Shown: positions 18,856-28,173 of the stretch, piece after piece
Numbering within the stretch: the first letter of the stretch is position 1
How the letters are laid out: each line of letters begins with the position of its first letter
Position numbers and translations under genes: made by a program
Assembly (NCBI RefSeq): GCF_024700885.2
Contig: NZ_CP117014.1
DNA length: 64,000 bases
Reading direction: 5' to 3' (one strand)
Source of the DNA: Escherichia coli
GTDB taxonomy: Bacteria > Pseudomonadota > Gammaproteobacteria > Enterobacterales > Enterobacteriaceae
The notes under the pieces: generated by a model
The model's input: only the letters and a program-made list of their open reading frames with translations
Databases searched by the model: none
Told to the model about the DNA's origin: nothing

Positions 18856-19509
18856 CTATCCTTTCTTGAAATCGAAGTTGCCAGCAGTGGCCTGAAAGGT
18901 TCCCCCTGCCTTGAAAGCTATGTCCCCGTTAGCGGTGACAGCAATATTTTCCCCATTAACATTGATGTTGTTGGCTGATTTGACGTTAACACTCCCTCCT
19001 GCATTCACGATTACATCAGCCGGACCAATGATATATATCTGCCCGGACTCATTCATGCCAATCCTTGAGCCTGCTGCCGTATTGGCAATTTCATAGCCGC
19101 CACCAGCAGTTCGTACTTCAAGAATATTGTTGCGGTGAATAACGAAGTCTTTCGTTGCTGAGATTTGGGGGCGGGGAGGTGCTCCATCTACTTCCGGCGG
19201 CGTCCAGCCGTTGCCTTTGCCAGATGCTTCTGGTGCAACGTTTGGAATTCCTCCCGGTGCATCCTGAGCGGCACCAACTATCATTGGGCGTCTGGTGTCT
19301 ATTCGACCGTTAACATCTAAATAAGGAAACTCTACCCAGACCAGGTCACCTTTGACTGTGGGTACAAAAGCGTTTCCGATGGGTAACAGGTATTCCGCCC
19401 AGGGTAGATCGTCATCAGGAACGCCATTCCAGTCAGGTAAAACACGGACTTGAGCACGCATAAGCCCTGCCGGGTGCACAGTTCCAACAATTTGCGCTCT
19501 ACGCTTCAT
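18856..19509 (-). CDS. baseplate central spike protein (gpV/gp5 OB-fold plus beta-helix type)
   Basis: The N-terminal pattern is Phage_base_V-like (GTVHP..RAQVRVLPDW..LPWAEYL..VKGDLVWVEF). The C-terminal region is repetitive, G/N/V-rich and beta-helix-like. Confidence 0.55.
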   Translation of the reverse strand: MKRRAQIVGTVHPAGLMRAQVRVLPDWNGVPDDDLPWAEYLLPIGNAFVPTVKGDLVWVEFPYLDVNGRIDTRRPMIVGAAQDAPGGIPNVAPEASGKGNGWTPPEVDGAPPRPQISATKDFVIHRNNILEVRTAGGGYEIANTAAGSRIGMNESGQIYIIGPADVIVNAGGSVNVKSANNINVNGENIAVTANGDIAFKAGGTFQATAGNFDFKKG

Positions 19510-20486
19510 TTGTTCGGCACTCCTAATATCATTCGTGTTGTGTAGCCTACGCGGTCCTCAAAGTGCGCAACATTTTTTACTATCAGCTTACGGGGCATTG
19601 ATTCATCAATGCGGTTTTCCTGGTCATAGCGGTATACGATAATCTCTATTACCATCCCCGGTTTTATATCAGGATTGCCTGCGACTTCTATATCCATTTT
19701 GGGGACGAGAGACAGCTGCATATTGCGAAGAGTTTCCATATCAGAGTCGGATATATAACGCACTGGGAGTGAGCTATCGCCATATTCGACGTAGCCATCG
19801 GTCATGGAATACCCAACAAAACGATATTGATTCTTTGCTGTTGTCGCATGTTCCTGTTGGAGTAGGCGCATTTTGGACAAAGTGTATTCTGCTTTAGGGT
19901 TATTCCCCTCGTAGGTAAATGATGGCGTTTGCTTCATCAGATCAGCCAGGGTGTAAAAGTTCAATTCCCCCCGGCATACCCAACATAATGCACCTTTGTC
20001 TCGCGCTATCTCCGAAAGCATTTTTGACGGTTTGTCACCGGCATTCAGATGATATGTAACTGCGCGTTTTAGCACGCTGCTGGTAATTTTAAGCTTGCCG
20101 GAATATGCCTTGAATATAGCGTCTGGTGTTTTGTTGGTATGTAAATTTGTGCGCGGGGAGGGGATCTTAAACCTGCGCACGTCTTCACTGACAGCAATAA
20201 CGGTAACAACATCACCAGCCAGCATTGCAGACGTAACAAAGAAATCTGTTTTAAAAGTGCCTGCATTACCGTTTGGATCGCCCATTTCAGCCACCAGCGA
20301 TGCACCGTATTTGGCTTTCCAGTCATCAATTACGGTGCCGGTAGCGTCATGAATTTCCAGTTTTAGCAAAGGGGCTTTGAGGCTGGTTTTTTCTACATAT
20401 ACTGCGGTAAAAATCCAGTCTCGAGGCACTTTGTTATCGTTAATGAGCACTGACTGTAGAAAATATTGTTGTAACTCCTGGGCCAC
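19506..20486 (-). CDS. putative baseplate hub protein
   Basis: 326 aa, overlapping the start of the spike gene. The call rests on position and size only. Confidence 0.4.
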   Translation of the reverse strand: MAQELQQYFLQSVLINDNKVPRDWIFTAVYVEKTSLKAPLLKLEIHDATGTVIDDWKAKYGASLVAEMGDPNGNAGTFKTDFFVTSAMLAGDVVTVIAVSEDVRRFKIPSPRTNLHTNKTPDAIFKAYSGKLKITSSVLKRAVTYHLNAGDKPSKMLSEIARDKGALCWVCRGELNFYTLADLMKQTPSFTYEGNNPKAEYTLSKMRLLQQEHATTAKNQYRFVGYSMTDGYVEYGDSSLPVRYISDSDMETLRNMQLSLVPKMDIEVAGNPDIKPGMVIEIIVYRYDQENRIDESMPRKLIVKNVAHFEDRVGYTTRMILGVPNK

Positions 20487-20489
20487 TTA

Positions 20490-21257
20490 TCACCCCATAG
20501 ATATCGAGGTTTCGGTAATAATACGTTTTGCGTCCAACTCCCATGCTGTGATCACGTCTGTAATCACACTTATCGGCGCTTGTGTGGCATAAATACGCTC
20601 TTCTCCAATTGGTGCTGAAACATCCGTAAAGCCGACTTCTTTGGCATCCTGTATCGAGCAAATCAGCGGGACCGGGACACGAACAAGGTGAGTGGTTGCT
20701 TCAAATTGTGTACCTGTCATCAGGCGAAGCCGTGCGCCCAGCGAATTACACATCAGACTCATGGTCGCTTTATCAGTTGCCATTAACGTAACGTCATACG
20801 TCAGAATGGCCTGGGTGTATTCCAGTTCTGCTAAAGGCATTCCGGTATCCGGTTCGCAAAAACTGGCTACTTTTTTGCGGTCAATCTGCTGATCATCGTT
20901 GATATAATTGATATCCATAGTGCGTGAGATATTGACCAGGGGGAGAGCATCCCGGTTAATGTTCTGGTTTTCAGGTTTTCTCCCTTGCCCGGCATTTGCG
21001 CGACGAACTGCTTTAAGAAACTCGATCGCATTGTCGAAACGGGCCACATAGACACGCTCTGCTGGTGGACGATTCAGGAATGACGCAAAGCGTTTTTCTT
21101 CCGGCGCGGGGGCCACCAGTAAGATATCAGAAAAGATATTGCTGATTAGCGTAGCAAACGCGTTATCCACGTTTTCAAAGCCCGTGGTCTGGAATTTCCC
21201 TGTGCGTGAGGTTTGCCATTCACCTGTTCGCGCCAGGAGGGTTTTATTTGAAGTCAT
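20490..21257 (-). CDS. hypothetical baseplate/tail protein
   Basis: 255-aa ORF in the same operon. Confidence 0.35.
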   Translation of the reverse strand: MTSNKTLLARTGEWQTSRTGKFQTTGFENVDNAFATLISNIFSDILLVAPAPEEKRFASFLNRPPAERVYVARFDNAIEFLKAVRRANAGQGRKPENQNINRDALPLVNISRTMDINYINDDQQIDRKKVASFCEPDTGMPLAELEYTQAILTYDVTLMATDKATMSLMCNSLGARLRLMTGTQFEATTHLVRVPVPLICSIQDAKEVGFTDVSAPIGEERIYATQAPISVITDVITAWELDAKRIITETSISMG

Positions 21258-22087
21258 TCGATCACTCCGTTTTGAGTCGTATCAAAATTTCTGGCAGGTA
21301 TGCAGTAGTAAAGCGAACCAACATGTTGTGTGCCGTAGCTAAAAATACGGTGCACGTACCACCAGCGGCGGGCTACGCCGTTTACCATCTCTTCATTCCA
21401 TTCAAGAATTGATCCGACGGGGACGTTATTTGCTGCAATACGCAGAATCAGAACATCATCGGTTAAGCCATCCTGCTCACCGTCTGCGTCAATCGCATGG
21501 AAAGAGTCACGCCCGTCAGGGTTATCCAGCACATAAACGATTTCAGGTTCCTGGTAAGTCAGTTCGCGTTGGTTGTTATCCAGTTCAGTGAATGACTCTT
21601 CTCCTGTTTCGTCGCTGACTACCCCATATGTGCCAACATCTGGTCGATATAAGAGAGCCTGAAACGCGTCTGGGCTGGATTCAATAATCAGCATCCAGTC
21701 TGCGCGGATTTGGTCGTTAAAGGCTTTATGCCCGTTATAGCGTGCTTTTAGCTGTGGCGTCGGTTCTCTGCCAGCCAAGGAAGGTGGAAGTATGGCTATA
21801 TCTGATTCGCCAGCGTCCGGAGTAAGGCCACCGTTGCTATCAGCAAAATTATCATGGCTATCAGCTTCGGCGGTGGATTGCTCTTCCAGAATGCTGAATG
21901 AATCCGGTCCGGCATTGCCATGTTCCGGCGCGCTTCCTGCATCCGCTTCAACCGTCGCTGGCGTTTCTCTCTGCGTGCTGTCATGTTCTGACTCCTTACT
22001 TGCCAGGTTTGCATCGTCAGCAAACCATTCGTCAAAACGGCCCATAAGCATCCTCAAAGGTCGATTTATCAGGTATCGAGGGTGCAT
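21254..22087 (-). CDS. hypothetical virion protein with acidic N-terminal half
   Basis: 277-aa ORF and first gene of this minus-strand operon. Confidence 0.35.
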   Translation of the reverse strand: MHPRYLINRPLRMLMGRFDEWFADDANLASKESEHDSTQRETPATVEADAGSAPEHGNAGPDSFSILEEQSTAEADSHDNFADSNGGLTPDAGESDIAILPPSLAGREPTPQLKARYNGHKAFNDQIRADWMLIIESSPDAFQALLYRPDVGTYGVVSDETGEESFTELDNNQRELTYQEPEIVYVLDNPDGRDSFHAIDADGEQDGLTDDVLILRIAANNVPVGSILEWNEEMVNGVARRWWYVHRIFSYGTQHVGSLYYCIPARNFDTTQNGVIE

Positions 22088-22190
22088 TGTCTGGAGATTG
22101 TGATTTCAATTCATATCCCAGCATGGGACTAAAGTGCTTTACATTGTCCCATATTGGAACTACTATACTTTCAGTGAGAAGGAATCTGTG

Positions 22191-22493
22191 ATGAAAATAA
22201 TTTCGGTAAAAACACTAAGGGATTTTTGGGCGAAGAATCCCGATGCAGAACAGCCTTTAAAGGCATGGGTTGATGAAGCAACAAAGGCTGACTGGAAAAA
22301 TCCGGCTGAGATCAAAGAACAGTACCGGACAGCCAGCATCCTTAAAAACAGGCGCGTGGTGTTCAATATTAAGGGAAATGATTACAGGTTAATTGTCGCA
22401 ATTGCTTATCAGCGAGGATGGATGTTCGTTAAGTTTATTGGAACACACAAGGAATACGATGCCATTGACGCGGATACAATAGAACTGGAGTAA
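22191..22493 (+). CDS. higB: HigB-family type II toxin (ribosome-dependent mRNA interferase)
   Basis: MKIISVKTLRDFWAKNPDAEQPLKAWVDEA..ASILKNRRVVFNIKGNDYRLIV..FIGTHKEYD matches the HigB_toxin family pattern. The ATG at 22191 has a gagaagga RBS. Confidence 0.8.
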   Translation: MKIISVKTLRDFWAKNPDAEQPLKAWVDEATKADWKNPAEIKEQYRTASILKNRRVVFNIKGNDYRLIVAIAYQRGWMFVKFIGTHKEYDAIDADTIELE

Positions 22494-22496
22494 ATC

Positions 22497-22856
22497 ATGA
22501 ACATTAAACCTATCCGTACAGAACAAGATTATGAGGCCGCACTGCGTGCGGTCGAACCGATGTTCGATAACGAACCGGAAATGAACACCCCGGAAGGTGA
22601 TTTCTTTGAGGTCATGTGTCTTCTCATTGAGGAGTACGAGAAAAAACATTACCCAATTGAGCCACCATCACCTATTGAAGCCATTAAATTCCGCATGGAA
22701 CAGCAAGGGCTGACCGTGAAGGATCTGGAACCGGCAATTGGTAAGTCAAACCGTGTTTACGAAGTGCTTAATGGGACACGAAATTTGACGTTACCTATGA
22801 TTCGTCGTTTACATGCCCAGTTTGGTATTCCACTGGAAAGTCTGGTTGGTGTTTAA
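22497..22856 (+). CDS. higA: HigA-family antitoxin (HTH)
   Basis: Lies 3 nt after higB. The C-terminal Xre-type HTH reads LTVKDLEPAIGKSNRVYEVLNGTRNLTLPMIRRLHAQFGIP. Confidence 0.8.
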   Translation: MNIKPIRTEQDYEAALRAVEPMFDNEPEMNTPEGDFFEVMCLLIEEYEKKHYPIEPPSPIEAIKFRMEQQGLTVKDLEPAIGKSNRVYEVLNGTRNLTLPMIRRLHAQFGIPLESLVGV

Positions 22857-22916
22857 GTTTTGCGGTCTGGATGACCGCTTTTACATAAAATCAATGTTTA
22901 AATATTTGGTAATTAT

Positions 22917-23648
22917 ATGAGCGCTGATTCATCAATAGAAAAGGAAAACCCCTCTACCAAAAATCTGTTAGAAGACGCTGTAAAAGATAAGTTGTTTAAT
23001 AAGGTTTTTGCCTATATTTTTATTTCATTTTTAATTTCTAACTGGCAAGAAATATTGATTTTGTTTAAATCAAAATATGATATATACACAACACTATCTA
23101 TAGTATGGATTGGTGACAAATATCAAGTCCCTTATTTGGGAACCTTCATTGTACCTCCGTTTTTAGCTCACTTTGTTATGCCGTTTATATATGGCACTGT
23201 TGCGTCCATAGTAATGCCTTATATTACTATGCGTATATCAAAACTAACTGGTAGAAATTATGCGCAAATAAGACATATTGACCGTGAATTTGACTCAAAA
23301 GAGCAAGCAAGATTAGATGAGTTACAGAAAGAAATAGAACAAAAAAAAGATGAGCGTTTAAGTCTAGAAAAGAAAATAGAAGATCAACGTAAATCATTGG
23401 CTAAAATTGAAGGTGAAAAGAAAGAAGTTGAGGACGCTAGAATATCCCTGTTTTATGGGATAAAGGCAATAGTTGATATATATGAAACCAAAGGCGAAAG
23501 CATTTCCACCCAAGAGGATTTTGCTGATTTACTAAAGGCAGTCGAACAAACTGATTTTTATAAAGATACAGGTTTATACGGTATTAATAAATTGGTAGAT
23601 GATGTAAAAAGAATATACGAACATCAATCTATCTTAAATGATAAGTAA
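22917..23648 (+). CDS. membrane protein with C-terminal coiled coil (unknown function)
   Basis: 243 aa in visibly AT-rich DNA. Hydrophobic helices (FAYIFISFLISNW, LGTFIVPPFLAHFVMPFIYGTVASIVMPYI) are followed by a K/E-rich coiled coil. Confidence 0.5.
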   Translation: MSADSSIEKENPSTKNLLEDAVKDKLFNKVFAYIFISFLISNWQEILILFKSKYDIYTTLSIVWIGDKYQVPYLGTFIVPPFLAHFVMPFIYGTVASIVMPYITMRISKLTGRNYAQIRHIDREFDSKEQARLDELQKEIEQKKDERLSLEKKIEDQRKSLAKIEGEKKEVEDARISLFYGIKAIVDIYETKGESISTQEDFADLLKAVEQTDFYKDTGLYGINKLVDDVKRIYEHQSILNDK

Positions 23649-23678
23649 TAACATAGGCGGGATAACCGCCTATGTTAT
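23648..23678. terminator. hairpin between convergent genes (no U-tract)
   Basis: ATAACATAGGCGG-gataa-CCGCCTATGTTAT, a 13-bp stem. Confidence 0.4.
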
Positions 23679-23681
23679 CAA

Positions 23682-24878
23682 TCAAGAACCTTTCTTCACA
23701 TACTCCATGAACATTTTTTCAGCCTGCTCAGGTGACGTTCCTGCCATGACAAGCGCATCAATGAACGCCTGCTTCTTCAGTGCGAACTGATCGGCAAGGC
23801 GTTGCTGAAGCTCCTTGTTTTTCTGTTTCTCACGTTGCAAGGCCGCTTCTTTTGCTGCCGCCCGTTTTTTCTGTGCGTCTGACAACTTTCTGGCTTTGGT
23901 CAATTGGTCACGTAGCTTGTCAATTTTGCCGTTGTCCTTTGCCAGTTTTGTGCTTAAAGCGGCCTGGCGCTTCTGATAGAGCCTCCATTCGCGCTTGGCA
24001 GCGTCAACGTTTGTTTTACTGTTGCGATTGCGATTAAACTCCCTCTCGTCTTCTTTTGAGAAGTGTTTGGTTGTACGGCGGCGATCGTCACCAAATGCAA
24101 TTTGCGTTGCGGCCTTTTGTAACGCACGAGCAATACTCATTTGCCAACTGGCGGACTGTAACCGCGTCATTGAGTGGATCACGTGTTTACAGGCGACGCC
24201 TTGTAGCTTAGGGTTACGAACTTTTGGATAGGCGTATTCTTTTGGCGGGGCCAGGGCAAAGTTACCTGCAGTAGCGATGTAACGATACCAGTATTGATGA
24301 CGACCACAGTCACAATCGAAAGACACCCGCCCAGCGCACAGTGATTTAGTGATTTTCAGAGCTGATTTATCGTCTTCTGCGATGTCATCGACCATCTGAT
24401 CCCATTCTTCAAAGCGTATCCGGACGATATGGTGCTGGTGGACGGATATATCCGATGCTTCTACGCGGATATTAATCACGTTGTGGCGAAGAGATACGGG
24501 TGTAGCTCTTTTGATACCAGATCCGTCATCCACGGCGTTATTTGCACGCTTAATATCGATTGCCTGGCTGGATGCCACCAGCTGGGCGTATGTGATGCCA
24601 GCCGTCTTGCTGTCATATTTTTCGCGTGTTTTACTCCGTAGCTTTTCGAAACCTTTCAGGTCGTCTCGCGTGAAGAACGTGCCGCCTTTTTTCTTCCCTA
24701 ACTTGAGAATATCTTCGGCGGATTTGTTCCTCAGTCTACCTGGCGTCAGCGTCCGGTGAGCTTGTCGGCGCTTACGGGTTTGTTCTTTCCTGATAAGGTC
24801 GAATAAACGCGTGAAGTCCTTAGAGGACAGGCCGTCAGTGATATAGCGCCCGTCCTGGTTTTTCAGGAAATCAGGCAT
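23682..24878 (-). CDS. SWIM zinc-finger protein with basic coiled C-terminal region
   Basis: 398 aa with a CxC...CxH pattern (FDCDCGRHQYW...GVACKHVIH). Confidence 0.45.
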   Translation of the reverse strand: MPDFLKNQDGRYITDGLSSKDFTRLFDLIRKEQTRKRRQAHRTLTPGRLRNKSAEDILKLGKKKGGTFFTRDDLKGFEKLRSKTREKYDSKTAGITYAQLVASSQAIDIKRANNAVDDGSGIKRATPVSLRHNVINIRVEASDISVHQHHIVRIRFEEWDQMVDDIAEDDKSALKITKSLCAGRVSFDCDCGRHQYWYRYIATAGNFALAPPKEYAYPKVRNPKLQGVACKHVIHSMTRLQSASWQMSIARALQKAATQIAFGDDRRRTTKHFSKEDEREFNRNRNSKTNVDAAKREWRLYQKRQAALSTKLAKDNGKIDKLRDQLTKARKLSDAQKKRAAAKEAALQREKQKNKELQQRLADQFALKKQAFIDALVMAGTSPEQAEKMFMEYVKKGS

Positions 24879-25200
24879 TTTCTATCTCCGGTTCCGCGCT
24901 CGCGTAATCACGGATCTTGTTCCTCAGCCATGCCACATCAGGAAGAGTTAACGTGGTCCCGGCGGGCATTTCTTCCATTTCTGACTCATGGCCCACCAGC
25001 ACCCGGAATACCCAGCGCAAATCTGCATTGCCATACGCCCGGTAGGCTGCAAGGTCTGAACGATATACTTCATCAATCTTTATCGTGTACTGGAAATTAT
25101 CAGAGTGATACTCCGATACCCGCTTAATCATTTCCTGGTGAAACAGCGCACGAAAAATATCGTCTTCAATGTACCTATCGTCGAGTCTGCTATAGCCCAT
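24871..25200 (-). CDS. hypothetical protein
   Basis: 109-aa ORF overlapping the start of the downstream gene by 8 nt. Confidence 0.4.
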   Translation of the reverse strand: MGYSRLDDRYIEDDIFRALFHQEMIKRVSEYHSDNFQYTIKIDEVYRSDLAAYRAYGNADLRWVFRVLVGHESEMEEMPAGTTLTLPDVAWLRNKIRDYASAEPEIENA

Positions 25201-25373
25201 AACAAAGCCTCTCAGTCATAACCTGGGGGAAACTGTATGCAGGGTGTGAAATGCGAGAAACAGACAGGTCACCATAAATCCCCTCACTGGTGACAAGTGA
25301 CTTTCATTAATCTTTATGCGGGGGCCAGCTTCATTTGCTGGCATTAGATTAAAAATTAAACGGAGTGAATGAC

Positions 25374-25508
25374 ATGGATGTTATATTCGAATTATTAATG
25401 CTAATTGATCTGTTTATGAACGCTTCATTGACCACTCAAATACTCGCGTCAATATTTTTGTTACTCTTCTACCTGGTATTGAGGGAGTTAACAAAGCTAC
25501 TAATGTGA
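25374..25508 (+). CDS. small hydrophobic peptide (44 aa), possible membrane toxin/holin-like
   Basis: Not in the track because it is under 60 aa. RBS cggagtg lies 6 nt upstream of the ATG. Translation: MDVIFELLMLIDLFMNASLTTQILASIFLLLFYLVLRELTKLLM. Confidence 0.3.
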   Translation: MDVIFELLMLIDLFMNASLTTQILASIFLLLFYLVLRELTKLLM

Positions 25509-26162
25509 TCAAAGTATCACGGTATCTTCATCAACTTCTTTCCCAGCCAGTGACTTTGGCTGGGAGGTGCCTGCTTTAACTTTTTCATGCCCAATAATGG
25601 ACAGGAACGAAGCGAGTATGCCTGTTTTTTGCTCTTTCTCGACTGTACCGGTCATCTGCTCTACATAATCTGCACTGGCAACGTTGTGGTATACGGTCGC
25701 GTAGCAACACAGGATCATCAAAATATGCTCCGGCCTGATATCCTGCCAGTTCACCCTGTAGACTTCTTCTCCGTTACCGTTGTATTCGGTATCAACGATA
25801 GAGTCGGGGATTTCGAAAGCACCTTTGTTATTTTGCGGCAGGGATAATAGTTTCTGGAGTTTTAACTCTCTGTATCTTTCCATCCCAACGATGATTGCTG
25901 CTCTACCATCGGCATGACGGGTCTTGAGAGTCACCTGGCTTGCTCCGGTGCCAGCGGAGATCGTTGGCGTAATTTCGTCTACTAGAACCTTAAATTTGCT
26001 TTTCCGCAGGGCTGCTATAGCTGGAGGAATTTTTTGCTTTTGCTCCAATGCTGACGCGGGAAGGGGTTTTACTTCGTTAATAATGAGAGCACCGTCTTTC
26101 AGTATTGCAGTGAGCATTTGAGGCTTGCTGGTGGTCAGGCTGAATATTGCGATCTTTTCCAT
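25509..26162 (-). CDS. hypothetical protein
   Basis: The likely start is MEKIAIFS at 26162, after a GGAGGAAGG RBS. No motif recognised. Confidence 0.45.
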   Translation of the reverse strand: MEKIAIFSLTTSKPQMLTAILKDGALIINEVKPLPASALEQKQKIPPAIAALRKSKFKVLVDEITPTISAGTGASQVTLKTRHADGRAAIIVGMERYRELKLQKLLSLPQNNKGAFEIPDSIVDTEYNGNGEEVYRVNWQDIRPEHILMILCCYATVYHNVASADYVEQMTGTVEKEQKTGILASFLSIIGHEKVKAGTSQPKSLAGKEVDEDTVIL

Positions 26163-26430
26163 TTTCCTTCCTCCACGGATGACGGATACAAAAAAAGGCC
26201 GCACATGGCGGCCTGCTTTGGCGTTATGACTCCCTACCGCGCTTCGGCTGAAAGTTAATCGTCAAAAGAACCTTCAACGGGAGCCGTTAGCGCGATGGAT
26301 TATGTGCAGTTTGTGATTTCCAAAATAGTGTCAACCACTTTTTGTGGATTTTATTTTTTGACCGAAATTTGGCCTAAATCATGTTGATGTAGTTAATTGT
26401 TTTTATAACATAAAACTTCATTTTGTTTAC

Positions 26431-27054
26431 ATGAAGGATGGTGTAGTGAAGTTAAGGGTTTTAGGGGCCGCGCTCGCGGCTATGTTGGGATGCGTATCTG
26501 CTAATACTGCCAATGCAACTGCGTTACCTGCACAATTCAGGGCAGGGCAGCAGGTTATGAATAATGCTGGTGGGGATCATTCACAAGCGGCCATTATGGA
26601 CTTTTGCAAGAGGGAGGGCATTCCATTACGGCCTGTTGGAACTCAGTTTATTGGTAAAACTGACTTTTGCGTTTTTGCATATACAGCATATCTGACGGAC
26701 AAAGCTATAACAAAAACAGGTTATTCAACCAAAGATACTCTTTCCAGATTAAGTCAGGGATGGCAGCAATTCGAAGTGTATCGCCAGCAAGGATTAGGTG
26801 AGTTATTGCAACCACTTTTTATGCTTGCGTTGGTGCCCGAGGGGCAGCAATTTTTGGTTAAAAAGGGAATGCTTCGCCAAAGTGATATTGCCGGGTTCGA
26901 TAGCATGATGGCTTATGAGCGCAAACTAACCGAGCAGCGAAATAAAAAACCATCTGCTTCATGTGTGCAAAGTAAAACAGCAGAATACAGTGCAGTAGCC
27001 GGGCCTTTAGCCAAACAAATGGCAGAGCAATGGTGTAAAAAATACGGGCAATAA
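26431..27054 (+). CDS. predicted secreted protein
   Basis: N-terminal signal-like segment (LRVLGAALAAMLGCVSANTANA). Confidence 0.4.
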   Translation: MKDGVVKLRVLGAALAAMLGCVSANTANATALPAQFRAGQQVMNNAGGDHSQAAIMDFCKREGIPLRPVGTQFIGKTDFCVFAYTAYLTDKAITKTGYSTKDTLSRLSQGWQQFEVYRQQGLGELLQPLFMLALVPEGQQFLVKKGMLRQSDIAGFDSMMAYERKLTEQRNKKPSASCVQSKTAEYSAVAGPLAKQMAEQWCKKYGQ

Positions 27055-27074
27055 GTTACGCAGCGGAGGCAGAA

Positions 27075-27467
27075 TTGAAAAGATTGACAATTGCTTTACT
27101 GGCGTCTTTCCCTTTGATCGCGAGCGCCGGAAATTTACAAGTTAAGTGCGGTCGGTTTGATATAAAAATCTATCCAGATGCCATATTTCTGAATGGGAAT
27201 AAGGTTGATAACGTACACCGAAAAACTGAATCTGACGTAATGAGCTATGTGTTCCAGGAGTATGCGGAGATGGGGGGAACTTACACGCTGTACTCGCTGG
27301 ATGTTCCTTCTCGCGGTGATATGACATTATCCCATCAATGGCAGAACGCCGATGGCGAAGCTCTGCGCGAAGTTAAAACAGAAAAATGTGGCACTTTCCA
27401 TTCTTTTAAAGGGAAAGTGCCAAATGTTAAATCTGTGCTTGAAAAACAGCGCGCAGGTGATTTTTAA
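27075..27467 (+). CDS. predicted secreted protein
   Basis: Signal peptide MKRLTIALLASFPLIASA. A hairpin plus T-run terminator follows (GCGACAAC..GTTGTCGC, then tgtatgttttt). Confidence 0.4.
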   Translation: MKRLTIALLASFPLIASAGNLQVKCGRFDIKIYPDAIFLNGNKVDNVHRKTESDVMSYVFQEYAEMGGTYTLYSLDVPSRGDMTLSHQWQNADGEALREVKTEKCGTFHSFKGKVPNVKSVLEKQRAGDF

Positions 27468-27555
27468 ACTGTGTTAGCACTTTGAACATGGCGACAACAC
27501 ATCTTGGTGGCTGCGTTGTCGCTGTATGTTTTTATAATATAAAGCATTAAAGTTT

Positions 27556-28173
27556 TCATTTTTGTCGGATCTTTTCCAGCATATTTAATTCATTATCACT
27601 TTCTGCTGCTGAGACGGTTGGCCTCACATTTCCGAAATATTTCCTGTGAGACTCATGACTTATGTATTCACCGACAGTTTCATTCTTGAATATACGAATT
27701 TGACATATGCGAGATCCAACAATAAGTTCTACAGGGCTATTCCCATGATTAAATAACTCTAAAGATATACAGCCTCTGTACCCTGGTTGTATCATGGTAT
27801 TTAATGAAAGACCAAGCCTTGTATAGCTGCTTCTGGACAATACATCAGCGTAGCAATCTGGTGGCAAACAAACATATTCTAATGTTGTTGCCAGTACCAC
27901 TTGATTCGGGTAAACAATGAACCTATCCCCAAGATCTCTCCTTGTTTCCTGGAAAAATGTTCTGATTGGTTGATGAGTATCATTGTTTTTTGAGGGAATT
28001 AACTCTATTGACGGCTTCCTTGTCATAATAGACACTAAAAAATCGTAACCAAGTCTAAGGTCTATGGTGAAGTTTCCAATTTGGTTTTTATTTAGAAGAG
28101 GTTCAATGAACAACGACTCAGGTTCTTCTGATTCATAATATTGCAGCAATTCAGCTTTGCTTAGGAGATTCAT
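27556..28173 (-). CDS. Dcd-type dCTP deaminase homolog (dUTPase fold)
   Basis: Aligns by eye to E. coli Dcd across four blocks: IDLRLG; VLATTLEYVCLP; SRSSYTRLGL; IQPGYRGCISLELFN (catalytic Glu retained, IDPG changed to IQPG). The ATGA start/stop overlaps the upstream gene. Confidence 0.75.
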   Translation of the reverse strand: MNLLSKAELLQYYESEEPESLFIEPLLNKNQIGNFTIDLRLGYDFLVSIMTRKPSIELIPSKNNDTHQPIRTFFQETRRDLGDRFIVYPNQVVLATTLEYVCLPPDCYADVLSRSSYTRLGLSLNTMIQPGYRGCISLELFNHGNSPVELIVGSRICQIRIFKNETVGEYISHESHRKYFGNVRPTVSAAESDNELNMLEKIRQK

